Assembly (NCBI RefSeq): GCF_009914755.1
Contig: NC_060934.1
Reading direction: 5' to 3' (one strand)
Origin: the human T2T-CHM13v2.0 reference genome, Homo sapiens
Length of the DNA stretch: 64,000 nucleotides
In this document: piece after piece, positions 47,162 to 63,709 of the stretch
Layout: each line of letters starts with the position of its first letter
Numbering within the stretch: position 1 is the first letter of the stretch
Program-made: the position numbers and the translations under genes
Notes under the pieces: model-generated
Told to the model about the DNA's origin: nothing
What the model saw: only the letters and a program-made list of their open reading frames with translations
Databases searched by the model: none

Positions 47162-47358
47162 CGTGGTCTGGGTTCGACCTGGGGGGGTCTTGACTTCTGC
47201 AGTATTTTAATGTCCTTCCTCCCACCCCGCTGCTGGCGAAGCGCACGCGGCTGTCCTCAGCTCTCCTCCCGCGGTCTGCCTCCGGTGACTGGCGGAGAGT
47301 GGGTCGCGGCTGAAATGTGACCTGGTTAGGAGATGCACTTGTCTGAAAAAGCCCAGCA

Positions 47359-47447
47359 CTGGACGCGGAGAGGGAGAGAGAATCAGAGAGGCTGCGCCAG
47401 CAGGGGCTGTAACTGTAGCATCAGCATCACGTTTGACATCATCATAC
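47359..47447 (-). other. SPOCK2: Candidate 89-nt 5'UTR intron of SPOCK2 containing a 20-codon uORF (47445-47383)
   Basis: Donor CAG|GTATGA; branch-like CTCTGAT; tract TTCTCTCTCCCTCTCCGCGTCCAG|. Confidence 0.65.
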
Positions 47448-49446
47448 CTGGTTTAAAAAAAAAAAAAAAAAAGGAGTGGGTAGATTTCAAAGCGAAGCGC
47501 TCCCTCGATGAGAGCGCCAAACGCCAGCCAGCCGCAGCGGGGCCCAGCCCCGCCTGGCACACAGGGAGTTGCAGACCAAGAAATCCAGAATCCCGAAATG
47601 TCCCTGAGCTCCCTCAAAGGATGGAGAGCAAGAAGGGCCCCAGGATCTCCCCGGGGAAGATGGGATGGGGGAGAGGGCACAAAACTCTCCGGTTACAAAG
47701 CCAGCCAGGCTCAGGTGTCGGAAAGGGAATTTGGCCAGACACTGTTTTTCTCCCCTTGCCTCCCACCCAGAGGGGCCTGCGCCACAGCCCTGACAGCTGG
47801 CTTCCTGCGAGTTATGGCTCTACCGTAATGGGTGGCTTCGTTAAGACAAAAGCCGTATAACAACTGGCTGCTCAGAACCATTGCTCCCCAGCGGCACCGC
47901 GTTGCGCAAGGCAAGGCCTGAGCACTGAGTGGCTGGTGAAACAGAGGCAGATGTCCTCCTCCCCAGGCAGCTGTTTAGGGGCTGTCACCCGTTTTGTCAG
48001 CTCTTCCCAGGACAACCCTAAAAGGCAAATGTCTGACCATTTCATCTGCCTTGGAGGCTGCAAATTTGGAAAAGGCATATTTGCTTATGGTTTTTTGACT
48101 TCAAGTTAGTTTGAATAAGCCACTGGGGAAGCCGGGGAGTGGGGGGCTGGGGTGGGGTGCTGGTTTTGTTTGAGGTGTTTCGGGTTTTGTTGAAACTGCG
48201 ACCCTCCTTATTGGCTGTAGATTTAAATGTTGACATACCAGCGGGGAAGGCTGGAGGCTGGCCACAGTCCCAAGAGCACAGCAGAAATGGGGACAGGTTT
48301 ACATTACAAATACATTAAAGAGGAAACATCATCTGATGGGACAAAACCTAGTGAACTTTTGGGACCCAAGCCCTAGATTGTGTTTTTATAAAAAGACTTA
48401 GCTGCTGTGATCTAAAAATAAAATAAAAATTTAAAATGCTTTAAAAAACATAATCTTAATCAGTAGGAAAAAACATAGCTTACAAGGTTCCTTGTCACCC
48501 TGAATCTGGCCTATCTGGGAACTCTGAATGCCTCAGTGGCTCAGGCCGGAGTCTCGTTGGGAAAACAGAAAACAATAGCTCCCTTTCCATGTTTTCTTGT
48601 TTCCTTTGCTGTTGGATTTAGTGGTGGTGCTGCAGTGAGGCCCTGGCCATTGACGTCTTCATCTCACAGTAATAAAGCATTCTTCCTGGGTGTGTCCTGG
48701 CGCTGTACAGTGAGAGAGCACGGCTTGCTGTCGTGGAGACTAGAGGACAGAATCCCACTTACTGGCTGGATTCTTGAGCAATTACCTATTTTCTATCTAA
48801 AACTAATGGTAATACCATCATTAAAACTGCTGTAAAGTGCAAGCAAAATTACATACTAAGTGGGCATAATGGGCATTTTTTTAAAAAGTTAGTCTTTCCT
48901 CTGGTTGGGAAGAGAAGGCTACGGTGTCCCATAGTTCTGAAGATTCATCAAAATTTGCCATCTTTTCCACCATCTCAATCCTACAATCCTAGTTTTTTGT
49001 TGTTTTTTTTTTTTTTGTTTCTGTTTTCGTTTTTAGCAAAGCTAGCTATATATCTCTAAGGCACTTAGGAGATAGGTACCAGATACCACAGCTCTCCCAT
49101 TCCTGTGCTATCTTAGGGGCTTCCAGAGTTACCAAAGTTGCTGAATAAAGAGTTTGGAAAGGTGCTGTCAAGATGCCCATCAATATGACAATAGCTGTCT
49201 CCAGACTCTGAGGGTCAAAATGGCTCCCACAGTCCCAGGTAGCTTCTCCAGTGGGACTTGCCTTCTGTAGCACCTTCAAGCTGGGTCAATACTAGTCCTG
49301 TGTCGAAAGCTAATCAACAACATTCCAGTCCCATTAGTGAAGCCAATAGTAATGCTATTTAGGAAGAAGAACCCAAATTTCCAGATGACTGGTGTAAAAC
49401 TTGTAGGAAATGGCCAATAGTTTTAGTTTACAAAGAAGAAAAAAAG

Positions 49447-50542
<1,096 letters not shown>

Positions 50543-50852
50543 TGAATGTATCTTAAAATCCATTTAATTCCATTTCTAGATGACCCCACAAGCACAAAAA
50601 GATAAACACACAAAGATCCAGAATTGTTCATAATAGCCCATCCTGGAAACCAATTCAATGTCCATTAGCCAGGAACCACCTAATTAAAGGATAAAACATA
50701 CCTGTAACAGACTATTGTGCAGACATTACAAATAATGATGTAGATCTGTATCTATTAAAGACCAATGTGATCCACTATGTATTGCTGGGTGAGAAAAGCT
50801 CGTTATATAAGATCATATATAATAGGATCCCATTTGGAAGTATAGTATAGTA

Positions 50853-51901
50853 TAGCCATTCTCAAACTTTCTGGCGTCAGGAGCCCTTAACACTAAAAAA
50901 TTATTGAGGACCCCAAAGAACTTTTGTTTCTGTGAGTTATATATATAGTGATATTTACTGTATTTGAAAATCAAATTAAGAATTTAAATTTATTTTAAAA
51001 TAATAAATGTACCCATTTCATATTAACAGAATATTTTATGAAAAACAACCGTCTCTACCGCTCCCCCAAATTAGTAAGAGAGTGGCACTGTTTTACAGTT
51101 TTACAAATCTCTTTAGTGTCTGGTCAGAAGAAGACAGAGTCTGGCATAAGCTTCTGCATTACAGCACGTGTATCCATTGCTGGGGCTGCCGTAACAAAGT
51201 ACCACAGACTGGGTGGCTTCAACAACAGACGATTATTTTCTCACAGTTCTGGAGGCTCAGAGTTCAAGATCAAACTGTTGGTGGGTCTGGTTTCTCCTGA
51301 GCCCTCTCTTCATGGCCTGCAGGGTGGCCGCCTTCTTGCTGTGTCTTCGTTTCCTCTGTGCACACACTAGTCTGGTGTCTCTGTGTGTCCAAATTCCCTC
51401 TTCTTATAAAGACACCAGACAGATTGCATTAGGGCCGACCCTAACAGCCTCACTTTAACCTAATCACCCCACTAAAAGCCCAATCCCCAAATAAACAGTC
51501 ACATTCTGAGTTACTGGGAGTTAGAGCTTCAACATGTAGATTTTGGGTGGTCATGACTCAGCAGCAGGTATAAATGAAAATAGCCAGTAAGAGCACAGTA
51601 GAAGCACTGGCAGCAAACTGAGTTAATCTCTGAAAACACATATATTTATACCCTAAATCTATCAATTTACAATATTCTAGAAAACAAAAGTACACACACA
51701 CACATTCTACTAATTATCAGAGTGATGTCACCATGTCACAGAGCCTCTGGAAAACTCCACTGAACACTCGTGAGAGAATGAGTTAAAAAGGCACATAGCA
51801 CCTTAGCGTTCTTATGAAAACAGTTTGGACCTCCTCGTAGGCATCCCCTAAAAGGTTCCTGGGGACTCCTAGAAGTCCAAAGTCCACACTGTGAGAGCTG
51901 C
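50853..51901 (-). mobile_element. Charlie1-type hAT DNA transposon interrupted by a MaLR LTR (~51168-51560)
   Basis: Termini ATTCTCAAACTTTCTGG...GAGGACCCCAAAGAAC and CCACACTGTGAGAGCTGCTG; internal GCCTCTGGAAAACTCCACTG; a second fragment at ~53480-53670. Confidence 0.75.
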
Positions 51902-51927
51902 TGGTACAATCTATATGACTTAAGGCA

Positions 51928-52465
51928 ATTTTTTTTTTCCTTTTTTTTTTGAGACAGGGTTTCACTCACTGTCACCCAGGCTAGAGTGCAGTGATGTAAT
52001 CATGGCTCACTACAGGCTTGCCCTCCTGGGCTCAATTGATCCCACCTCAGCCTCTGAAGTAGCTGGGACTACAGTCGCATGCCACTATGCCTGGCTAATT
52101 TTCTTTTGTGCTTTTATTTTGGTAGAGACAGTGTCTCACCATGTTGCCCAGTCTGGTCTTGAACTCCTGGGCTTAAGCAATCCTCTTGCCTCCCAAAGTG
52201 CTAGGATTACAGGTGTGAGCCACTGCCCCCAACTTTAAGGAAAATTTCTTAACCTTGTTAAGCCTCAGTTTGTAAAATGGGGACAATATTACCTACTTAA
52301 GTGGGCTATTGTAAAGATTGAATTAATGCACAAAAAAATAACAAATGTGAACACTCCACTAACATTAGCTATTATTTGTGAAAAATTTCTTAACTTCTCA
52401 TATTTTATATATGTCTAAATGTATAGGGAGTAGTTACCTCTGGAAGCTAACATTTATTTTCATTT

Positions 52466-52501
<36 letters not shown>

Positions 52502-52583
52502 TTTTTGTAGAGATGGGGTCTTACTAGTTTGCCGATGCTGGTCTTGGACTCCCGGCCTCAAGCGAACCTCTGGTTTCAGCCTC
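51928..52583 (-). mobile_element. AluJ (51928-52232) and FLAM with (TTTA)n tail (52460-52583)
   Basis: Antisense Alu sequence. Confidence 0.88.
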
Positions 52584-53756
52584 CGATTTAAATTGAAGTA
52601 TAACACACAGTGACAAAAGCACAAAGCATAAACTTGATTATTTTTCATAAAGTAAACTTGTCTTCATTTAAAAGGACATTTTACAAAAAAAAAAAGCTAT
52701 TAATAAAAACCATAACGGCAGCCACTTTCATCACTTCTAGCAGCAAGAGCTTGAACATTCATGCTCCCTATGGTATCGAGATGGAAGCTGACAGGTGTTC
52801 CATTGACTCAACTCAATACACCTCTAGTGCCAGTGGGTTCCCTTGAGCTCCAGGACAGTGAGCTCCAGCACAGTACAAGGGCAAACAGGAACCAAATCTG
52901 AATTATTACGATGCTGGATTCTACTCAATGCCCAGTTTTGGAAACTCTAGAGCTTGCTTTAAAAATAATCATTGTAAGAAACATTTACAATGTGTCTAAA
53001 ATAAAAATTACTCTCCATAACAAAGTTCCATGTATAACAACACAGATTCTGTGAAGTAGCGAGTGAGAGATTTTTTTCCCTCTTCCTCTTAAGAGAAATT
53101 GAGGGTGAAGTCAGTGCCTCAAAAGCTGGCTGGAGCAGTGTTAGGTACAATGAACTATTTCAGTGTAGAATGAATTACAAAACAGTAATATGAAGGAAGG
53201 TTTGATTGTAAGCACAGCAGCAGCAAATCCTCCAACATTTACCCCATTATCATTTGGTGAGAGGGGAACCTTAACTCTAACCCTTTTACTGTTGTTGCTC
53301 TCTACCATTTTGCTTTTTCATAAAAGTTCTACATCAAAACTGTTACTCCCTCTTCCACAACAGCACTGAAAACTGTATTTCCTTAGAGCTATACTGTCCC
53401 CAAAATTGGAATACAGACTTCATGAGAGAATATTTTATCTCTGCCTACCACAGCATGTGAAAAAAAAGGAATTTTTTAAAATTTAAATGTTAAAAATTTT
53501 CCAATTCTACCAATACCTACCAACTTACAAAACTCTAGAGAACTCAGAAATACACAAACACACATTCCATTAACCACCAGAGTGATGATGCTGTCGCGTC
53601 ATAGAGCCTCTGGAAAACCCCACTGTATAACTGGTGAGAGAAACAGAGGGAAAAAGGCAAACAACTTGAGAAGAATTACTTAACAAGACATAGGGAAGAG
53701 TAATCACTAAATCCTCAATAACACAATTTCCAATTCTATTTAGAATTTGGTATTTG

Positions 53757-54066
53757 GGCCCAGTGTGGTGGCTCACAGCAGTAATCCTAACACTTTGGGA
53801 GGCCAAGGCAGGAAGATGTCTTGAGCCCAGGAGTTCGAGATCGGCCTGGGCAACACAGTGAGACCCCATCTCTACAAAAAATTTTTTTATAAAAAGTAGC
53901 CAGGCATGGTGGTGCACGCCTGTAGTCCCAGCTGCTCGGTAGGCTGAGGTGGGAGGATAGCTTGAGCCCAAGAGGTCAAGGCTGCAGTGAGCCATGATTG
54001 CGCCACTGCACTCCAGACTGGGTGACAGAGTGAGACCCTGTCTCAAAAAAAAAAAAAAAAAAAAAA
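53757..54066 (+). mobile_element. AluJ
   Basis: TSD AGAATTTGGTATT. Confidence 0.93.
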
Positions 54067-54413
54067 GAATTTGGTATTCAATATATAAAGCTAAATTTTC
54101 CAAAGACAAAAAACTTAGAAAAAAAAGTTTCCTACAAATGTTAAGTCATAAGTCTCAGAAACTCAAAAGAAGTGACATTTACTTCCTGGCTGAGGTTGCC
54201 CAATGGCTTGTCAGAAAGAAACCGAGAGAGAGGCACATCAAGATGAGATGGGGCATTAACTCCATAGTCAGCTTCAGAATTCAGCACTGTCCCTGGAGCA
54301 CTCATTCCCAAGTGCCACCTAACAACAATCTGAGGTGAAGTAAAATCTCAATTTGTATAGAAAATGAATATCCGTAGAAAGAGGAGGCCTTCTGGGAAAA
54401 AAATCAACCTTGC

Positions 54414-54849
<436 letters not shown>

Positions 54850-54859
54850 TCATACTAAC

Positions 54860-56166
54860 AGAAACACCGTTAAACATTTTATTCACAAGTGATTTGTGCA
54901 GTCCCAATAATAAATCTCACTGTTAGACACAGTCCTCACAATGTAGCAACTTAACACAGAGTTCAGAAGTGCAGTTAAAGAATATAAAGAGAGAAAGAAT
55001 CAAGGCAAGAATAAGGAAGGAGAAGAAGGAGAGGACATGGAGGGAGGAAGAATGTGAGGAGGCAGGGGTGGGAGGCTGGGGCTCCCCAGCATTCCCGCCT
55101 CCCTCTGCTGGTCCGTGGTGAGGGAGGAGTGAGGGCCTCCTGTGGCTGACATTCTTCCAGGGAACTCTGCACAGTCCTGCTGATATCATCAGTTTCTTTT
55201 GCTGCTGCCTTGAAAAGTAAACAAAAAAGGGCTGCAACACTGCAACTCCATCAGGGGCATGGGAAGATGAGGGTGGGGATGGGGTGAAGGAACAGGAATC
55301 CAACAAATATTAAGAGGACAAACTTTGGTAGGAAAATGATAGACCAAGCAAAGTAAAAGGCAAACAACTTTAATGGTTATTTTGCTAAAGATAAAACTCT
55401 GGGTGGTAAAGGAATTAAAGGCAGAGTCTCAAAGAGATATTTGCACCCCCGTGTCTGTATTAGCACTACTCCCAATAGTCAAGAGGAAGCAAGCCAAGTG
55501 TTCACTGATGGAGGAACAGAGTGTGGTACGCACATGTAACGGAACATTCCATTATATGTATAATACAGGAAGGAAATCCTGTCACCTGACACAACATGGA
55601 TGAACCTTGAGGACATTATGCTAAGTGAAATAAGCCAGTCACAAAAAGACAAGTCACTGTATGATTCCACTTATATGAGATACTGAGAATAGTCAAAACC
55701 AGAGAGACAGAAAGCAGAATGGTGGCTGCGGGGGCTGGGAGGAGTGGGAATTACTGTTTAATGGGTACAGTTTCCATTTTACAAGCTGAGAAGCCTATGG
55801 AGATGGACGGCGGTGACGGCCACACAGCATTATGAATGTATTAACAGTTAACGTTACTGAACTGTGCACTTAAAAATGGTGAAGACAGTATGTTTTATGA
55901 GTATTTTACGACAATTTAAAAATTAAAAGAAAAAAAACCAGAACACACTAAGGGTTATAGGCACAAATTCTCCTTATGCCCACCACCATCTCAGCTGGTA
56001 GTATGACGGGTGTAGACACCATTAGAGGCAATGGTGAATCTATGGGGAACCACCCAGGAAAGTCACCATCCAAATGTCCACATCCCTGCTTGGCAATTAA
56101 AACGAAGACACTTTTCTTCAGCACCTGGTGAAGATGTTTAGTTTCTAGTGCTTTCCAAGATCCACC
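54860..56166 (-). other. ASCC1: ASCC1 3'UTR with candidate proximal ATTAAA (55369-55374) and distal AATAAA (54878-54883)
   Basis: Follows the stop codon; both hexamers seen on the minus strand. Confidence 0.7.
55400..55935 (+). mobile_element. L1MB-type 3' end inside ASCC1 3'UTR (antisense to the mRNA)
   Basis: CAACATGGATGAACCTTGAGGACATTATGCTAAGTGAAATAAGCCAG...ACTGAACTGTGCACTTAAAAATGG. Confidence 0.88.
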
Positions 56167-56283
56167 TCAGGAGAAGTCAATTTGTCCACAGGAAGCGTAG
56201 TTTCCAAAGCTGTCTACGGTGAACCTCTGAGAGATGTGAATTGAATTCAGCTTTAGGGAGCCAAAGTAGAAGTTCTCAAACAA
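56167..56283 (-). CDS. ASCC1: ASCC1 last coding exon (LFENFYFGSLKLNSIHISQRFTVDSFGNYASCGQIDFS-stop), end of the 2H-phosphoesterase/AKAP7-like domain
   Basis: TTCTTCCTTTTCAG|TTG acceptor; 38 codons plus TGA; peptide recognised as the ASCC1 C-terminus; too short for the ORF track. Confidence 0.92.
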   Translation of the reverse strand: MFENFYFGSLKLNSIHISQRFTVDSFGNYASCGQIDFS

Positions 56284-57199
56284 CTGAAAAGGAAGAATAA
56301 AAACCCAGAATGAATATTTAAAGTATAGATGAAAATATTAAACATCAGATTATCTTGTAAAAACACCAAACCACAACAATCCCAACAAATCTCTCATGCT
56401 TTTTCTTTTCAGTGTTTACTCTGAATAATGATCCAGGAGAGGAGGGATGGGGGTGGGAGTGAGAAAAGAACAGCCAGCTCTTCTCTCTGATTAATTCTAA
56501 AGTCTCCCCTGACAAATGCACCAGAGAAAGAGGTTCTGAAAAGTCAAATCCGAAATTCATCTACTGACCAGATATGACCAAGAACTTATAGCAAACGCCC
56601 CATGGCCACACCCTGACTCACAGAGTCTGACCAGGCTGCTTCTGACTTCCAGTGACTGACCATGCAGGGATCTCGGCTTTGTTGCACCAGGGTTAAATTT
56701 GACGTAACATATATCTAATCAACGCCATTTGTTAGGAGCGCTGACTAAAATAAATAGAAGATAAGGCTCCTGACTCACAAGTGATTCAGACAAACCACTG
56801 AGGGACACAGAGCATGCACACACACACAGAACAACCCAAGGGACACTTCTACTGCCAACAGAACAAGTACAAGTGATTACTTATCAAATACCTTTATTAG
56901 ACTTGGATTCAAGCCAGCGACCTAAAATAAATACTTTTTGCTATGATCCTGTACTTTACAAAAGCTTTCAAAAGTGTGTCAGAGTGAGGGATGAACCATA
57001 CATACTCCAAGAGGGACTGGACTTTGTGATTACCACATTTATAAGGCAGGACCCAAAATGACATCAGAATTCATCCCAGGAAAATGCAGCCATAGTGCCT
57101 GAATAAGGAGCGTCAAAGAGTAAAGAGCGTACCTTCCTCTGTTAGGATGTAGGAATTGCTCTTTCTTAAAATGTCAGTACAATCCCAAGAAAGCCTTGG

Positions 57200-59541
<2,342 letters not shown>

Positions 59542-60754
59542 TAAGTCTTTTAGTTCTATCAATTATTTCTAATGACTCACTAAAATATAAGCCCTACAGA
59601 GGAAGAAGCTGGATCCTACTGTACTGTAACATTATCTAGTAGACTGCATCTGATCGATAAATATCTGCTGGACAAAATGACAATGAAAACTAATGCTGTA
59701 GATGTCCATGTACATCCCCAAGTCTGGAAAGAGAAAACTATGACATGCACTTGTCTAGACTGAATTTAAAGGTCTAATGTATCAGTTCCCACCAAGGAAT
59801 TTCTGAACAGGACTTGCCAAATTATATTACTTCAAATCAAGGAGGCGGGGGACATTTCTACATGTTTCTTATTTGTGAAAACCTGGATCTCTTTCTTAGC
59901 TTCAGTTCCTGATCTGGAATATTGCTGAGCACCTGATGTTATGCATTTTCATGCAAAGAGGCACATGAAAGTAGTTCTGTCTCCCAAGTGCTTACCATCT
60001 CGTTAGGGAGAGTGCATATCAGAAGAGGGAAATGCTGATGACCTGGGTGTGTCCATCTTATGAAAAGTCACTGAGTCCTTTACTCTGTGATCTGTGTAGC
60101 TTTCTGTATGTATGTTCTACTTTAATGAAAAAAGCTTACCTAAAACAATATAGGTAGTAAAGGTTAAGTGCGTGAGATGAGAGGTACAGGCCATCAATAA
60201 ATGCAGCAGGAGGTAAGGAAACAAGGGATGCTGAGGGCTGCGGACCTAGGAAAGCCATCTGGAGGAGACGAGACCTGAGCTGGGCCTTGTGGCAGGTATA
60301 GGGCGTAACACAGAGGAGGGAGGGCAGCATGAAGGCAGAAATGGGCATGGTGGGCTGGGCCAGGCAAACAGTTTAGATGTTTGGAAGGTTCCTAGAGTGA
60401 AGCAGTGAGAAAGACAGAAGGAAGGAGAATCAGATTAAGGGTGTCTGGGGGACCTGAGGCTCAAGTTCACAAGTTATACTTCATCCTACATGGTGGGGAA
60501 CCACTGAAGGCTTTAGGGTAGGTTGGTGGCCCAAGATGAAAACCATGTTTTAGGGAGATTAACCTGGGTATGATGTATTGTGCTGACTGGAGAAGGGAAC
60601 AAGATAAAGAAAAAAAAGGAGACCATGGTAGTAGTTCAGTCATGAGGGTGATGTTGAGTGTCTCAACTACAAACAGGCAGTGGGCTTGGAAAGACTGGAG
60701 CAGATGTGAATGAATGAATGAAGCCATGAATGAAACTATAAATGAAACACAGAC

Positions 60755-60985
60755 CGGAGCTAAATGATGAGAACTTATAAACACAAAGAAGGAAACAACA
60801 GACACTGGGGCCTCCTTGAGGGTGGAGGGAGGGAGGAGGGAGAGAAGCAGAAAAGGTAACTACTGGGTACTGAGCTTAATACCTGAGTGATGTAATAATC
60901 TGTGCAACAAACCCCCGTGACACATGTTTACCTGTGTAACAAACCTTCACATGTACCCCCAAACCTAAAATAAAAATTACAAAAG
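60755..60985 (+). mobile_element. L1PA (old primate) 3' end, within an L2 remnant (~60160-60720)
   Basis: GAGCTAAATGATGAGAAC...AACAAACCCCCGTGACAC...CACATGTACCCC...CCTAAAATAAAA. Confidence 0.88.
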
Positions 60986-61201
60986 AAACATAGAAACGCC
61001 TTGGTGACTTTCTAGATGAGAAGGAGATGGAAAAATCAGTGATGATGGGTCCAATGGGTGTATATGAGGCTGCCATTGACAGTAACAGAACATTTTTGAA
61101 AGGGAGCTACTTCATGGGGAAAACAACAAGTTCAGGTGTGTTTACACACTCACGGCTGTATCTTACCCACTAGCTCTCTGTGTCCCAAGCCCTTCTCGAT
61201 T

Positions 61202-61245
61202 CTAGGATTTTCCTGGTAGGCTCTGAGAATATGCATCAGAGACAC
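61202..61245 (-). CDS. ASCC1: ASCC1 alternative exon after the Alu exon (GVSDAYSQSLPGKS-stop); exon may extend to a donor at 61166 or 61153
   Basis: GCTACAG|GTGTC acceptor in correct phase 1; TAG at 61202; downstream donors TGG|GTAAGA and GCC|GTGAGT. Confidence 0.75.
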
Positions 61246-61518
61246 CTGTAGCACAGTTAAGTGGAAACAGATCACTATAAAAGGCTTTATGAGCGTCCCT
61301 CCTTTTATTGAGTTGTAGTTCTTTTTATACTAGGGAAATGAACCTTTTTTGTCTATGTTACAAGTTGCAAATACATGTATTTCCTCTAGTTTGTCACTTG
61401 TCTTTTGACTCTGCTTATAATGGTATTTACCATGTCAACTTTAATTTTTATGAACTCACAATTATCATAACAGGAGATTTTAAAAACAAAGTTACCTAAT
61501 GCCAATAATTATACATTA

Positions 61519-61827
<309 letters not shown>

Positions 61828-61899
61828 TCAAAGTGAACTAGAAATATGTAGGTATTGACAACAACAGTAATAAAGATGACAACAGCCAACATTTATTAA

Positions 61900-62264
<365 letters not shown>

Positions 62265-62355
62265 AATAGATCCTATGATTAATCCCCATTTACAGATGAG
62301 CCTTAGGTTTAGATGGCTTAAGTAATTTGCCTAAAGACACACACGAAGTTGATGG

Positions 62356-62929
62356 TGTTCAGGACTTCTCAAAATGTGGCACCTTGGCATTTGAGCAAAC
62401 AGCAGAAGCAGGAAAGTCTCTCTCACCTTCCACAGCCCCTCTTCCCTGAAGCAGACGATAAAACCTATGAAGACCTATGAAGGCCGTCCTGTGACCTCCT
62501 GCTCTTCTCCCCTGAAGCAGGTCATAAGACCCTCATTCGACAGATACCCTCCCTTTGCCCAGAGGAAAGGAATATCCTTATCTGTGAAGACATAGAGCAT
62601 AGAAAAGAATCCGAACAAACAGGCCTTGCTAAGCCTCCCCTCAGTTTATTACCATTAGGCCACACCCTTTGTCCTCCAACCATACTTCTCCATGACAGTC
62701 AAACTTACTTATAAAAATCAAACCTACTTACAAAACCTTTATCAAACCTACTTATAAAAATACACAAGTTACCACTTCCTTTGGATCTTTATTCTGAAGG
62801 CTCCCGTGTCATGTAAAGCTTGTATTAAATAAATTTGTATGTTTTTCTCTTATTAATCTGACTTTTGTTACAGGGGCCTCAGCCATGAACCTAGTGATGG
62901 GTGAGAGAAGAAATCTTTCCTCTCCTACA
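62356..62929 (+). mobile_element. ERV1 solo LTR (MER39/MER34-like)
   Basis: TG...CA termini; CCCCTGAAGCAGGTCATAAGACCCTCATTC; ATTAAATAAATTTGTATG; ends CTTTCCTCTCCTACA. Confidence 0.72.
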
Positions 62930-63709
62930 AAATAAAGGCAAAAAACTGAGATTCACACCCAGACAGCCTCACTCTAGAGTCTGAGCCCGTTGATTCCTGT
63001 ACTCTATTGCCCCTTAATGTGAGTGGCTCCCCTTGAAACACAGCCCCATTAAATAGCCACAGTGAGGAACGCTGACCCAGACAACTCCCAAAGACTGAAA
63101 TGAACATGTTCTTTCACTTGCTGTTCCTATATTCACTGCCACTGCTTTTCCTGGACCTGGTTTAAGAATCGGATGGCTCTAGCTCAGCTGGAAGCATTTT
63201 AATTGAATTCTGGATGAAAATAAGCACGAGTCAACTAAAAGGCTATATTTAATTTGGTATTTGAATGGGGAAAGATGAAAAAGCTTAAACTACAAGTTTA
63301 AAAAAAAGAAACTTGGTTGCTCTTTTGAACCTGAACTAAACATGAAGAACAAAGTGTTGTATTGTTTAGAAAGTAACAGACCTAACAGGAAAAATTTAAA
63401 TTAAAAAAGAATCTAGTTAAGGTGTCTGAATCATGTTGAATTTTTTCTCCTCACTGTTGTTTTATAACAATTCCCTTGGGGATTTTGAAACCTGAAAACA
63501 TTTTCCCTGACACGCACACACATACAGCCCTGTTGTTATGGAAGTCAGTATTTTTTAAAACCTGCTATAAAGGAACATAACAACGAACAGTACACAAAAC
63601 TACAAATATTTAATGAGGAAATGGAAATAGGATTAAAACTGCCAATCGCTGTGATATAATTAGTAAATAATAAGTACTGACTTGGACGATTTAAGAAAAT
63701 TTAAAACCA

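Larger units (their letters stand above)
45300..47600. promoter_or_regulatory. SPOCK2: CpG island covering SPOCK2 promoter, exon 1 and start of intron 1
   Basis: Very high GC and dense CpG compared with the CpG-depleted flanks. Confidence 0.9.

Noticed and set aside
46158-47246. 362-aa ORF and other long overlapping ORFs in the CpG island (237 aa +, 242 aa -)
   Set aside because: Stop-poor GC-rich sequence with low-complexity R/G/P/A composition; the 242-aa ORF is just exon 1 read through its donor.
47380-47447. C/D-box snoRNA-like motifs (ATGATGA ... CTGA ... CTGA)
   Set aside because: No terminal stem; box C overlaps the donor and box D overlaps the branch point, which is incompatible with normal intronic snoRNA processing. 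The intron/uORF reading explains it better.
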